A program made the translations under genes and the position numbers. Positions 7,344 to 16,429 of a DNA stretch of 64,000 nt are shown one piece after another. Source of the DNA: Candidatus Acidiferrales bacterium. Its GTDB lineage: Bacteria > Acidobacteriota > Terriglobia > Acidiferrales > UBA7541. The notes beneath the pieces are model-generated. The model saw only the letters and a list, made by a program, of their open reading frames with translations, was not told the DNA's origin and made no database searches. Where the stretch lies: NCBI GenBank assembly GCA_036401315.1, contig DASWVE010000043.1, positions 37,944-101,943 on the forward strand. Reading direction: 5' to 3'. The stretch's first letter is position 1; each line of letters starts with the position of its first letter.

Positions 7344-8390
7344 TTAGGCAGTGATGGGCTTCAATGCGTAGGAGCGATAGAGTGTGTCGCGCTGCGCAGG
7401 AATATATCCGGCGTCGGCGATGATTCGGCGGAGTTCCTGCTCGTTGGTGCGGTTACGCACGCCGGCCGCGTACACCACGTTTTCTTCGATCAAAATGCTG
7501 CCCACATCGTCAGCACCGAATTGCAGGCCGAGCTGGCAAATCTTAATTCCCGGCGTCAGCCAGCTGGATTGCACGTGGTCGATGTTGTCGAGATACAGGC
7601 GGCTGATCGCGAGCGTCTTCAAGTAATCAAACGCAGTGGCTTCCGGAATCTTCTTGCCCAGCGGCGTGTTGTCAGGCGCGAAAAACCACGGAATAAAAGA
7701 CGTAAATCCGCCGGTATCTTCCTGAATCTGCCGCACCGTTTCGAAATGGTTGACGCGATGGCGGTATTCCTCGCCGCACCCAAACATCATCGTGGCCGTG
7801 GTGCGCATGCCCAAGGCGTGCGCGTCGCGGTGCATATTCACCCATTCGTCGGAGCGGCACTTGAGCCGCGAAATCTTCGCGCGAATTTCGTCATCCAGAA
7901 TTTCCGCGCCGCCGCCCGGAATCGAATCGAGCCCGGCGTCGCGCAAGCGCGCGATGGTATCGCGCACCGACAATCCCGAAACTTCCGCTATGCAGTTGAT
8001 CTCCGGCGCCGAAAAGCAGTGCAGGTGCACTTGCGGAAATTTCGCTTTGATCGAGCGCAGCATGTTTTCGTAGAACTCAATGCGCAGGTCGGGATGCAGC
8101 CCGCCCTGCAACAGCACGCCGTTCCCGCCCAGCTCGATCATTTCCTGAATCTTGTCGTAAATCGTTTCGAGCGGCAGGATGTATCCGTCTTTCGCGCCGA
8201 TGGGCCGGTAGAACGCGCAGAAAGAACAATATTCCGTGCAGAAATTCGTGTAGTTGATGTTGCGGTCGATCTGGTAGGTGGCCACGCGCGGATCCGTTTT
8301 CTTCCGGCGCACTTCGTTCGCGGCCATGCCGATGCCGATCAGATCGTCGGAGTTAAAGAGATCGAGCGCTTCTTGTTTTGAGATTCCCAT
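7344..8390 (-). CDS. mqnC: radical-SAM cyclic dehypoxanthinyl futalosine synthase (MqnC-like)
   Basis: 348 aa. NINYTNFCTEYCSFCAFYR Cx3Cx2C cluster. CofH/MqnC/MqnE family throughout. The N-terminal pattern (ISKQEALDLF...VATYQIDRNINYTN) fits my recollection of MqnC rather than MqnE. Adjacent to mqnA. Confidence 0.7.
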   Translation of the reverse strand: MGISKQEALDLFNSDDLIGIGMAANEVRRKKTDPRVATYQIDRNINYTNFCTEYCSFCAFYRPIGAKDGYILPLETIYDKIQEMIELGGNGVLLQGGLHPDLRIEFYENMLRSIKAKFPQVHLHCFSAPEINCIAEVSGLSVRDTIARLRDAGLDSIPGGGAEILDDEIRAKISRLKCRSDEWVNMHRDAHALGMRTTATMMFGCGEEYRHRVNHFETVRQIQEDTGGFTSFIPWFFAPDNTPLGKKIPEATAFDYLKTLAISRLYLDNIDHVQSSWLTPGIKICQLGLQFGADDVGSILIEENVVYAAGVRNRTNEQELRRIIADAGYIPAQRDTLYRSYALKPITA

Positions 8391-8434
8391 TTTGTTTTTA
8401 AGCTTACCTTTGTCTCGCTTCGAAATCAGACTCG

Positions 8435-9352
8435 CTACTGCATCGCCTTCGCGCTGGCCGTGCCCCGAATCGCCATTCCCGCAAATTCGAGCGGCTTGTT
8501 CCGCCGAATCACGCCGAGAGCCGCCGCCTTCTCGTAATACAAACGCAAGCCCTCGAGATATTCCTCTTCCAAACCGAAATGAATATTTTCGGCTAGGTAG
8601 CGTTCAAGTTCGCGCGGCGGCATGTCCAGCTTGATCGCCGCCGCTTCGGAAATTTCGCGCATGCGCTCGATTCCGTATTGCTTGGACGCTTCAAAATCCG
8701 CAATGACTTCCGGGCTCAGCACTTCCGGACGCCCGGCCCAGATGGCCAGCACGCAGGGCTTTCCGGTCATTTCGCGCCATTGAAACGCTACGTCATAGAC
8801 GAAAGTCGTTTCGAATCCCGGCACCGGCATATCTTCCGGGTCGCCCTTGCAGCAATCTTCGCCACTGGCCACTTTCACCGCGAGCGCTTCCATCTTCATC
8901 GCGATGCGCAGCGCCGGATCGCCGATGATCAAGCCCGCGTCCGCGGTCTTCAGCATTTCGCTGGGGTCCGGAGCCGCTTGCACGAATTCGGGATGAATAT
9001 TCCACAGCCCGTCCGCCAAAATTCGCACCAGCGCCTGCGACGCGCGTGAACTGGTGTCGAGCGCGATGCGTTTGGCCAGCTCGATCGGCTTCTTGGCCAC
9101 CACCAAAATGCTGCGCACTTCCTCGTTCGCGCCCACTGCCATCCCGGGAATCGCGACGACATTGTCGATGCGCTGGTATTCGATCGAAGGGATGATCGCG
9201 ACGTCCGCATCGCCGCGGCGCAGCGCTTCGGCGCACTGCGAAGGCACCGTGAACGAGAGATCGTACTTTCCCGCCAGCGGCCCGTCGGTGAATCCCCAAA
9301 CCAGCGGCGCCGTATTCAGGTATTCGACAATCGAAATTCGAAGTTTGCGCAT
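8435..9352 (-). CDS. mqnA: chorismate dehydratase (MqnA)
   Basis: 305 aa. The N-terminus LRISIVEYLNTAPLVWG is typical of MqnA. Periplasmic-binding-protein-like fold family. Neighbour of mqnC. Confidence 0.75.
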   Translation of the reverse strand: MRKLRISIVEYLNTAPLVWGFTDGPLAGKYDLSFTVPSQCAEALRRGDADVAIIPSIEYQRIDNVVAIPGMAVGANEEVRSILVVAKKPIELAKRIALDTSSRASQALVRILADGLWNIHPEFVQAAPDPSEMLKTADAGLIIGDPALRIAMKMEALAVKVASGEDCCKGDPEDMPVPGFETTFVYDVAFQWREMTGKPCVLAIWAGRPEVLSPEVIADFEASKQYGIERMREISEAAAIKLDMPPRELERYLAENIHFGLEEEYLEGLRLYYEKAAALGVIRRNKPLEFAGMAIRGTASAKAMQ

Positions 9353-9388
9353 TCCAGGCTCGAATCACGCCGTTTCCGTGACGCTCCA

Positions 9389-9397
9389 AATATAGCA
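9389..9397 (-). promoter_or_regulatory. candidate extended -10 promoter (TGcTATATT) for mqnA-mqnC
   Basis: The minus strand reads TGCTATATT about 37 nt upstream of the mqnA ATG (9352). Confidence 0.35.
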
Positions 9398-9490
9398 TAT
9401 GGCCCGCAGCGCCCCGCCCGCGTCTGAAATTCCGAATCGTTCGCCATATTCGACGGCTCGCGGAACCCGCCGCGGGCCTCGGGCCTGCGT

Positions 9491-11008
9491 CTATTTCGCG
9501 GCCGGCGGAAAGCTGACCACTTCATCTTCCGTCGGGATTTGCAGTTCCTGCGGCACCGCCGTGTGCGGGGCCGTGCTCTCCCACTTGTCGCCCTTGCCCA
9601 GCAGGTCGAAAGATTTCAGCGCGTAGGGCAGGCCTTCGCAGCCCAGTTCCGAACTCCGGTCGCAAATGTGAAAGTGCAAATGCGGCTCGGAAGAATTTCC
9701 CGAATTTCCGAGCAGCCCGAGAACCTGCCCGCGCACGACCTTGTCGCCGACTTTCACCCGCACCGAACCCGTCTGCATGTGTGCGTAAAACGCATAAAGT
9801 CCGTCGCCAATATCCACGATCACGTGATTGCCGCCGATATTTTCGAGGGTCAGCTCCACGGCCAGCTTGAGTGAATTCGGAATATTTTGCGGCAGGCCGT
9901 CCAGCGTCTGGGTCACGGTCCCGTCGGCGACGGCATGAACTTCCGCGCCGTAGGCGCGATAATTTTTATTGTCGAACGGATCGCCGCGATAGGTTTTGCC
10001 GTCCGGATAAATCTCGACCCAATCGATCGCAAACCGCTGCGCGGCGTAGGCGTGTCCGTTGATCGGAATCACCGTCGTCCGGTGTGCCGAAGCATTGGAC
10101 GGGCCGTTCCCGGCCACCCACTCGTCGCCAGTCAGGGGCGAGGCGATCGCCACCACCGGATTTCGATCCACCGCGATCGCCGGCGTCACCGCCGTCAGCT
10201 CTTCCGGATAATCGCCAACCTTCACTGTGATGCGATGCGCCAGCGTCGCCGGCACATCTTCTAGCCGGTCGAAATCAACCCACAAGAAAACGATTCCGAA
10301 TTCTCCGGGAGTCAGATTCGAAATCTTCTCCGCGTTGGGAAGTCCCGGACGCTTGAACATTTTATCGAGGCCGCTGCCGCTGAAACTGGCCAGCGTCTTC
10401 TGCGGCGCGCCGCCGTCCAGCACATCGATCCGCGTGAACCGGCAGTCCCATTTGTCCAGGTTCGAAACGTGCAACTCGTAGACCAGATGCCATTTCCCAT
10501 CGGCCTTGAACGCTTGCGGAGTGATCGAGGCCACGGCGTTGAATCCAACCCCCACCGGTTTCGGTGTGTGGGCTGGCAAAGCCGCGGGCGCGCTTGGCGA
10601 CTGCGCCGTGTCGCCGGTGCGTTTCAGTTCGAGCGGCTGCGGCGTAGGCTCGCCGGCCTGGGTCCACGAACCAGAAATTGTCCCGCCGTTTTTGTCCAGT
10701 GCGCCCTCGTAGATGCCGCCAACTCGCGGAACTTCGAATCGCACCGAATTTCCTTTCAGCGCGATTGCGCTCAGGACCAGCGTGGCATGCTGGTCGACGC
10801 TGTTCAGAGTCCCCCGATAACCGCCATCTCCGGATTTCGTGATGGTGACCACCAGATGCAATTGCCCGGCGAGCACGCCGGCCCACGTTCCGGCCAAAGA
10901 AGTATCGGCAGCCCCGCTTTGGGCCGAAGCGCCTCCAGCCAGCAGCGCGAATAGGAAAACCGCCACAAGCAATCTCAGAATTTCATTGCGGGCGCCGGCG
11001 AATCGCAT
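9491..11008 (-). CDS. secreted M23-family metallopeptidase
   Basis: Start at MRFAGARNE, preceded by GGAGGAACTC. Signal peptide present. C-terminal GGNHVIVDIGDGLYAFYAHM...GNSGNSSEPHLHFH are M23 HxxxD/HxH-type motifs. Confidence 0.85.
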   Translation of the reverse strand: MRFAGARNEILRLLVAVFLFALLAGGASAQSGAADTSLAGTWAGVLAGQLHLVVTITKSGDGGYRGTLNSVDQHATLVLSAIALKGNSVRFEVPRVGGIYEGALDKNGGTISGSWTQAGEPTPQPLELKRTGDTAQSPSAPAALPAHTPKPVGVGFNAVASITPQAFKADGKWHLVYELHVSNLDKWDCRFTRIDVLDGGAPQKTLASFSGSGLDKMFKRPGLPNAEKISNLTPGEFGIVFLWVDFDRLEDVPATLAHRITVKVGDYPEELTAVTPAIAVDRNPVVAIASPLTGDEWVAGNGPSNASAHRTTVIPINGHAYAAQRFAIDWVEIYPDGKTYRGDPFDNKNYRAYGAEVHAVADGTVTQTLDGLPQNIPNSLKLAVELTLENIGGNHVIVDIGDGLYAFYAHMQTGSVRVKVGDKVVRGQVLGLLGNSGNSSEPHLHFHICDRSSELGCEGLPYALKSFDLLGKGDKWESTAPHTAVPQELQIPTEDEVVSFPPAAK

Positions 11009-11061
11009 GAGTTCCTCCAACCAGCGTCGAGTTACGATGGGTTTAAGAGAGTTTAGTCGCA

Positions 11062-12102
11062 CTATTGCGTTTCAAGCGAGAAGTGGCAAATCGTTCCATT
11101 CGCGCCGACCGCCCAGGCGTGTTCGAAATCGACCGCCGCCACCGCATTCAAATTCAGCGCGCTGTTCGGCTTCCAGTGCGCGCCGCCATCGACGCTGATT
11201 TCTTCGCCGGTCGGCCCCACCGCGGCGAGCGTGCGGTTGTCCAGCCACGCCACAGCGGAACGATAGCCGCCGGGCATCTGCTCTGCGGGCGTCCAAGATT
11301 TCCCCGCATCGCGCGAATACGCGGCTACGTGATCCGTGCTCTTCGGATTTTTGTAATCGCCGCCGACTACCACCATGTTTTTTCCACGACGCGCCACGGA
11401 AAATGCACCGGCTCCGGGACTCCCACTCACGATGGGCAGCGCCGTTACCGTCCACGTACGCCCGAGATCCGGCGAGTGAAAAAGTCGTGCCGCCGGACCG
11501 CCCGTAACGAAATAAATGTCGCTGCCATAAACCGCGAGGCACGTCCCGCTTGCCGCAAATGCGCCTTCATCCTTAATCGCTGGCGGCATCGTATCCTGTG
11601 GCAGCGTCTTCCAGTGTTCGCCATCAGTAGTCCCGACCAGCAGAAATTTTCCGTCCACCGGATCGCTCAGCGCCAAGCAGTGAGTTGGCCCGTCACAGAC
11701 CAGCGCGTCCAGAAAGAACGCGCCGCGCGAATCCGTAAACTGCATCGCCCAGTTCTCGCCGCCGTCGGTCGTCTTGTAGATCCGCGATTTCTCGCCCTCG
11801 CCGCTGGACATCACGTACGCAGTCTTCTCGTCGAAAGCCTGGATGCCGCGAAAATCGAGAGCCTCGCCACCGCGCACGTAAAGCCTCACCCAAGGTCCCG
11901 CCGTCGTTGGCGAGCGCAAAATTACGCCATTCGATCCCGACGCCCAAACGACCGGCCCGGCCGCATGATCGCTGAGGCGATTCCGGGCATGCGCCAAACT
12001 AACGCCGCGCAGGTTGGTATCAACGCCCGAGGTCTTCACCACCCAAACCGGATACCCCACCGAACCAGCGATCAGAAGCGAAACAATGAAAAGGGTTCGC
12101 AC
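11062..12102 (-). CDS. BNR/Asp-box repeat (sialidase-fold, Ycf48-like) secreted protein
   Basis: Repeated S/T-x-D-x-G-x-x-W boxes (TTDGGENW, TTDGEHW, SPDLGRTW, SRDAGKSW, SVDGGAHW). Start uncertain. I prefer the GTG at 12102 (VRTLFIVSLL...), 7 nt downstream of a TGgTAGAAT box. The track ORF runs to 12192. Confidence 0.75.
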   Translation of the reverse strand: MRTLFIVSLLIAGSVGYPVWVVKTSGVDTNLRGVSLAHARNRLSDHAAGPVVWASGSNGVILRSPTTAGPWVRLYVRGGEALDFRGIQAFDEKTAYVMSSGEGEKSRIYKTTDGGENWAMQFTDSRGAFFLDALVCDGPTHCLALSDPVDGKFLLVGTTDGEHWKTLPQDTMPPAIKDEGAFAASGTCLAVYGSDIYFVTGGPAARLFHSPDLGRTWTVTALPIVSGSPGAGAFSVARRGKNMVVVGGDYKNPKSTDHVAAYSRDAGKSWTPAEQMPGGYRSAVAWLDNRTLAAVGPTGEEISVDGGAHWKPNSALNLNAVAAVDFEHAWAVGANGTICHFSLETQ

Positions 12103-12109
12103 GCCGCGG

Positions 12110-12118
12110 ATTCTACCA
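12110..12118 (-). promoter_or_regulatory. candidate extended -10 promoter (TGgTAGAAT), leaderless candidate
   Basis: The minus strand reads TGGTAGAAT, then 7 nt, then GTG at 12102. Confidence 0.35.
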
Positions 12119-12197
12119 AGCTTTCGCGTATCCCGGAATTTGTCTCTACAAGAATGAGGCTGGCCGCAACGTTGTCGGGCGTTAGCGTACACATAAC

Positions 12198-12227
12198 TTG
12201 ACAGGTTCTATATATTCCGCGTAGGCT
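12198..12227 (+). promoter_or_regulatory. candidate sigma-70 promoter for dprA (TTGACA-18-TAGGCT)
   Basis: Perfect -35 hexamer at 12198-12203 and TAGGCT at 12222-12227. The ATG at 12242 has no SD. Confidence 0.3.
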
Positions 12228-12241
12228 GCCCGCACACCCCG

Positions 12242-13369
12242 ATGGACCCCAACCAATACTTGGGCTGGTTGGCGCTGGCCCTGACCCCTGGTCTGGGCGC
12301 GCGCATGGCCGGAAAGCTTCTGCGCCAGATGGGCAGCCCCGACGCGATTTTCAACGCTTCGCTGACCGAGCTTGAAGCGCAGCGTCTGCCAGCGGCGGTT
12401 GCTCAAGCCCTGCATACGCGCCAGCCGCTGAGCGCCGCGGCTAAGGAACTAGCACAGGCGCAGGCCGCGGGAATTCGCCTGCTTACCTGGGACGAGGTCG
12501 AATATCCGGCGCGGTTGCGCGAGATTTTCGATCCGCCGCCCCTGCTCTATGTCCGCGGAAATGTTGACCTTCTGAACCGCCACACGATTTCTATCGTCGG
12601 CTCGCGTCGTCCAACCCCTTATGGGAATCAAATGGCAGAGCGATTGGCACAGGACTTGGCCGATCGCGGGCTGGTGATTGTCAGCGGCCTCGCGCGCGGC
12701 ATTGATTCCAGCGCGCACAAGGGAGCGTTGAAATCCAGTTCGGGAGCGACCATTGGGGTACTCGGTTGCGGCATCGATGTCGTCTACCCGAAGGAAAACA
12801 AAAAGATTTTCGCGGAGATGGAACAGCGCGGCGCGATCGTTTCTGAATTTGCCATGGGCACCTTTCCCGGCCCGCAGAATTTTCCGATTCGGAATCGCAT
12901 CATCTCCGGGATGTCGCTCGGTGTGGTGGTGGTCGAAGGCGCTCAGTACTCCGGTTCGCTGATCACCGCCCGCCTGGCCATGGAATTTGGCCGGGAAGTC
13001 TTCGGCGTTCCGGGCAACGCGACGCAGTTGACCAGCTTTGGCCCGAACCAATTGATTAAGCAGGGTGCCAAACTGGTTACCAGCTGGGAAGACGTGATCG
13101 AGGAGCTGCCCACGCCGGTTCGCGCCGAACTGCTGCCGGTGGAATCGGCCAATAGCGAGCAGCGGACCATGCTGGTCGAGCAAGCTTTAGAGCCAAATGA
13201 AAGGGTTTTATACGATCTTTTGACCCAGGACGAAGCGCGGCACGTGGACGATTTGATGGAAAATTCGGGCCTGACCTCGTCCGAAGTGCTGGCCAGCCTA
13301 TTTGACCTGGAGCTCAAAGGCGTGGTACGTCAGTTACCAGGCAAGCAATTCCTGAAAGTCCTGTTGTAA
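12242..13369 (+). CDS. dprA: DNA-processing protein DprA (Smf)
   Basis: 375 aa. SIVGSRRPTPYG...IVSGLARGIDSSAHKGAL...GVLGCGIDVVYPKEN is the DprA Rossmann-like core. C-terminal winged-helix region. Synteny with topA. Confidence 0.93.
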   Translation: MDPNQYLGWLALALTPGLGARMAGKLLRQMGSPDAIFNASLTELEAQRLPAAVAQALHTRQPLSAAAKELAQAQAAGIRLLTWDEVEYPARLREIFDPPPLLYVRGNVDLLNRHTISIVGSRRPTPYGNQMAERLAQDLADRGLVIVSGLARGIDSSAHKGALKSSSGATIGVLGCGIDVVYPKENKKIFAEMEQRGAIVSEFAMGTFPGPQNFPIRNRIISGMSLGVVVVEGAQYSGSLITARLAMEFGREVFGVPGNATQLTSFGPNQLIKQGAKLVTSWEDVIEELPTPVRAELLPVESANSEQRTMLVEQALEPNERVLYDLLTQDEARHVDDLMENSGLTSSEVLASLFDLELKGVVRQLPGKQFLKVLL

Positions 13370-13576
13370 CCGCCCAGGGAAATTGCAGCTAGGATGGTAA
13401 ACCAAGGGTGGGGTCACTCTGCCTGGACCGGCCTCGCGGAAAATCGCGATATATAAGGATAGAGATTTTTTTAGGAGCGCGCTGCCGCCCGCGCCCAGGA
13501 ACCGCGAAACCCGGTTGGTTGCATCGAATCCGGACCGCGCAGCATCCCTGTAATCAGGAGAAGAGGCACTTAGAGC

Positions 13577-16393
13577 ATGGCAAGATCACTCGTAATCGTC
13601 GAATCGCCCGCTAAGGCGAAAACCATTAACAAATATCTCGGCAAGAATTACCTCGTCAAGGCCTCCTACGGCCACGTGATGGACCTGCCGAAGAAAACCA
13701 TCGGGATTCTGCTGCCTGCCGACCCGAATGCCAAGCCCAAGAAAAAGAAGCGCAAGACCAAAGCCAAGGCCGGCGCGCCAGAAAAGAAGATTCCCAAGCC
13801 GGTGGTAGTAACGGCTGAAAACATATTCGAGCCGACCTACGAAGTTATCGCCAACAAGATCAAGGTCATCACCGATCTGCAGAAAGCCGCGCGCGGCGTC
13901 GAAGCCATTTATCTGGCGGGCGACCCGGATCGCGAAGGTGAAGCGATTTGCGCGCACCTGGCTGAGATTTTCGGCCGGCCAAAGAAATACGCGGAAATGA
14001 TCGCGAAGGCTCAGGAAGAAAAAGACGCTGAGGGAAAAGACGGCGAAACGAAAGAAGGCGAAGAGGCCAAGCCCAAAGCCGCCAAGAAGCCGCTGCCTCC
14101 GGCGAACGGCGCGCCGCCTAAAATTTATCGCGTGATGTTCAACGAAATCACCCAGAAAGCGATCAAAGCCGCTTTCGAAAAGCCGACCGAAGTGAACGAG
14201 AGCCTGGTCGACGCGCAGCAGGCGCGCCGCGTGCTCGATCGCATCGTCGGCTACAAAGTTTCGCCGCTGCTCTGGAATAAAGTACGCCGCGGTCTTTCCG
14301 CTGGGCGCGTCCAAACCGTTGCGCTGCGCCTGATCGTCGAACGCGAACAAGAAATTCGCGCGTTTGTCCCGGTCGAGTATTGGACCATTCACGCCATGCT
14401 CGATGCCGGCACGCCGCCGGTGTTCGAAGCCAAGCTGCACAAATACAAAGGCGAAGACCTCGAAGTCGGCAATCAGGCCGCGGCAGATGCCGTGGTCGCC
14501 GCCGTGCAAAAAGCGAAATGGGAAGTGGCTTCCGTGGCGCAGAAGGAAAAACGCCGCAACGCGCCGCCGCCTTTTACCACTTCCAAATTGCAGCAGGCTT
14601 CCTACAATCGCCTGCGGTACACCGCCAAGCGCACCATGGGGATCGCCCAGAAATTGTATGAAGGCGTGGAACTCGGCAGCGAAGGCCAGATCGCGCTGAT
14701 CACTTACATGCGTACCGATTCCGTGCGCGTTTCGAACGACGCGCTCGATCAGGTCCGCGCCATGATTCCGGAACGCTTCGGCTCGAACTACTTGCCCGAA
14801 AAACCGAATTTCTACAAATCGAAAAAAGACGCGCAGGAAGCCCACGAAGCGATTCGTCCGACCGACGTCACGCGCACTCCGGAAGAAGTGCGGCCCTATC
14901 TGGAAGACGACCTCTTCAAGCTCTACCAGCTGATTTGGCAGCGCTTCGTCGCTTCGCAGATGCTGCCCGCGGTTTTCGATCAGACCACCATCGATATTTC
15001 CGCCGGCGATTACACCTTCCGCGCCACCGGCACGGTCCAGAAATTTGATGGCTTTTTGCGCGTCTATCAGACGCCCACCGCTGTCGCCGACCGCGAAGAC
15101 GATGAGAAGGACGATGACGGCGAAGGCCGCTCGCTGCCGCAGGTGCGCGAAGGCCAGGTGCTGCGCCTCGAATCGATTCGTCCCGACCAGCATTTCACCG
15201 AGCCGCCGCCGCGCTACAACGACGCCACGCTGGTGAAAGACCTGGAAGAAAAAGGCATCGGCCGCCCGTCGACTTACGCCGCGATCATTTCGACGCTGGT
15301 CGAACGCGAGTACGTCACCAAGGACCAAGGCCGCTTCTCGCCCACCATGTTGGGCGAACGCGTCAGCGTCCTGCTGGTGAAAAGTTTCGAAGACATTTTC
15401 GACGTCGGCTTCACCGCGCGCCTGGAAGAAGAGCTGGACGAAATCGAAGAGGGCAAGCTGGGCTGGCGCACCGCGGTGAAAGAATTCTGGGATCGCTTCA
15501 TCGTCGACCTCGATCGAGCCGACGGCGAAATGCTTTCCTACAAAGCCGGTATTCCCACTGGCCAGAAATGCGAGAAATGCGGCGAAGGCGAGCTGCTCGA
15601 ACGCATCAGCCGCCACGGATTTTTCCTGGGCTGCAACCGCTATCCGGACTGCGATTACATCAAGGATCTTTCGCCCGAGCTGCCCGCCGAAACCGACGGC
15701 CAGCCGAAAATCGAATACTGCGACAACTGCGGCAAGGAAATGGTCATCAAGCGCGGCCGCTTCGGCGTTTTCCTGGCCTGCAAGGGTTATCCGGATTGCA
15801 AGACCACCCGGCGCCTGGTGGAAGGCACGCGCATCGCGCGCCAGCCGGACGTTCCGCTCGATGAAAAGTGCCCCCTGGACGACGCGCAACTGCTGCGCCG
15901 CGCCGGCCGCTTTGGAGATTTCATCGGCTGCACGAATTATCCCAAGTGCAAATACACGCGGCCCATCACCCTGGGAATTAAATGCCCGAAGTGCGACGAA
16001 GGCGAATTCGTGCGCCGCGGAATTTCGCGCGGCCGCGGCGCCGGACGCATTTTTTACGGCTGCAGCCGCTATCCCGATTGCGATTTCACCACGCCGCATG
16101 AGCCGATCAACGAACCCTGCCCGAAGTGCCACGCGCCGTTCATCGTCGAGAAGCGCACCAAGCAGGGGAATTTCCGCACGTGCATCAAGGAAGGCTGCGA
16201 TTGGGAGATTGAAGCTCCGCCGCCGGCTGACACAACCGCTACGCCCGCTACTGCGAGCACCGCGACCGCGCCAGCCGCGCTGCCCACCAACGGCCACGCG
16301 CCGGTGCCAGCATCGGCCGAGACCGCCAAATCCAAATTCGTGCATCCTCAGGAACCCGTCGAAGTCATTGCCGGCTCCCGGGATAAGTCCTGA
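13577..16393 (+). CDS. topA: DNA topoisomerase I
   Basis: 938 aa. LVIVESPAKAKTINKYLG Toprim start. Active-site region ITYMRTDS. Several C-terminal C4 zinc fingers (CEKCGEG..., CDNCGKEM..., CPKCDEG..., CPKCHAP...). Confidence 0.97.
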   Translation: MARSLVIVESPAKAKTINKYLGKNYLVKASYGHVMDLPKKTIGILLPADPNAKPKKKKRKTKAKAGAPEKKIPKPVVVTAENIFEPTYEVIANKIKVITDLQKAARGVEAIYLAGDPDREGEAICAHLAEIFGRPKKYAEMIAKAQEEKDAEGKDGETKEGEEAKPKAAKKPLPPANGAPPKIYRVMFNEITQKAIKAAFEKPTEVNESLVDAQQARRVLDRIVGYKVSPLLWNKVRRGLSAGRVQTVALRLIVEREQEIRAFVPVEYWTIHAMLDAGTPPVFEAKLHKYKGEDLEVGNQAAADAVVAAVQKAKWEVASVAQKEKRRNAPPPFTTSKLQQASYNRLRYTAKRTMGIAQKLYEGVELGSEGQIALITYMRTDSVRVSNDALDQVRAMIPERFGSNYLPEKPNFYKSKKDAQEAHEAIRPTDVTRTPEEVRPYLEDDLFKLYQLIWQRFVASQMLPAVFDQTTIDISAGDYTFRATGTVQKFDGFLRVYQTPTAVADREDDEKDDDGEGRSLPQVREGQVLRLESIRPDQHFTEPPPRYNDATLVKDLEEKGIGRPSTYAAIISTLVEREYVTKDQGRFSPTMLGERVSVLLVKSFEDIFDVGFTARLEEELDEIEEGKLGWRTAVKEFWDRFIVDLDRADGEMLSYKAGIPTGQKCEKCGEGELLERISRHGFFLGCNRYPDCDYIKDLSPELPAETDGQPKIEYCDNCGKEMVIKRGRFGVFLACKGYPDCKTTRRLVEGTRIARQPDVPLDEKCPLDDAQLLRRAGRFGDFIGCTNYPKCKYTRPITLGIKCPKCDEGEFVRRGISRGRGAGRIFYGCSRYPDCDFTTPHEPINEPCPKCHAPFIVEKRTKQGNFRTCIKEGCDWEIEAPPPADTTATPATASTATAPAALPTNGHAPVPASAETAKSKFVHPQEPVEVIAGSRDKS

Positions 16394-16429
16394 CGTAGAA
16401 CTTCGCGCTCCGCCACAGCGCGCTGACGA

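Noticed and set aside
11065-12201. 378-aa plus-strand ORF
   Set aside because: It is antisense to the BNR-repeat gene. It has an Arg/His/Pro-rich nonsense-like composition and no motifs.
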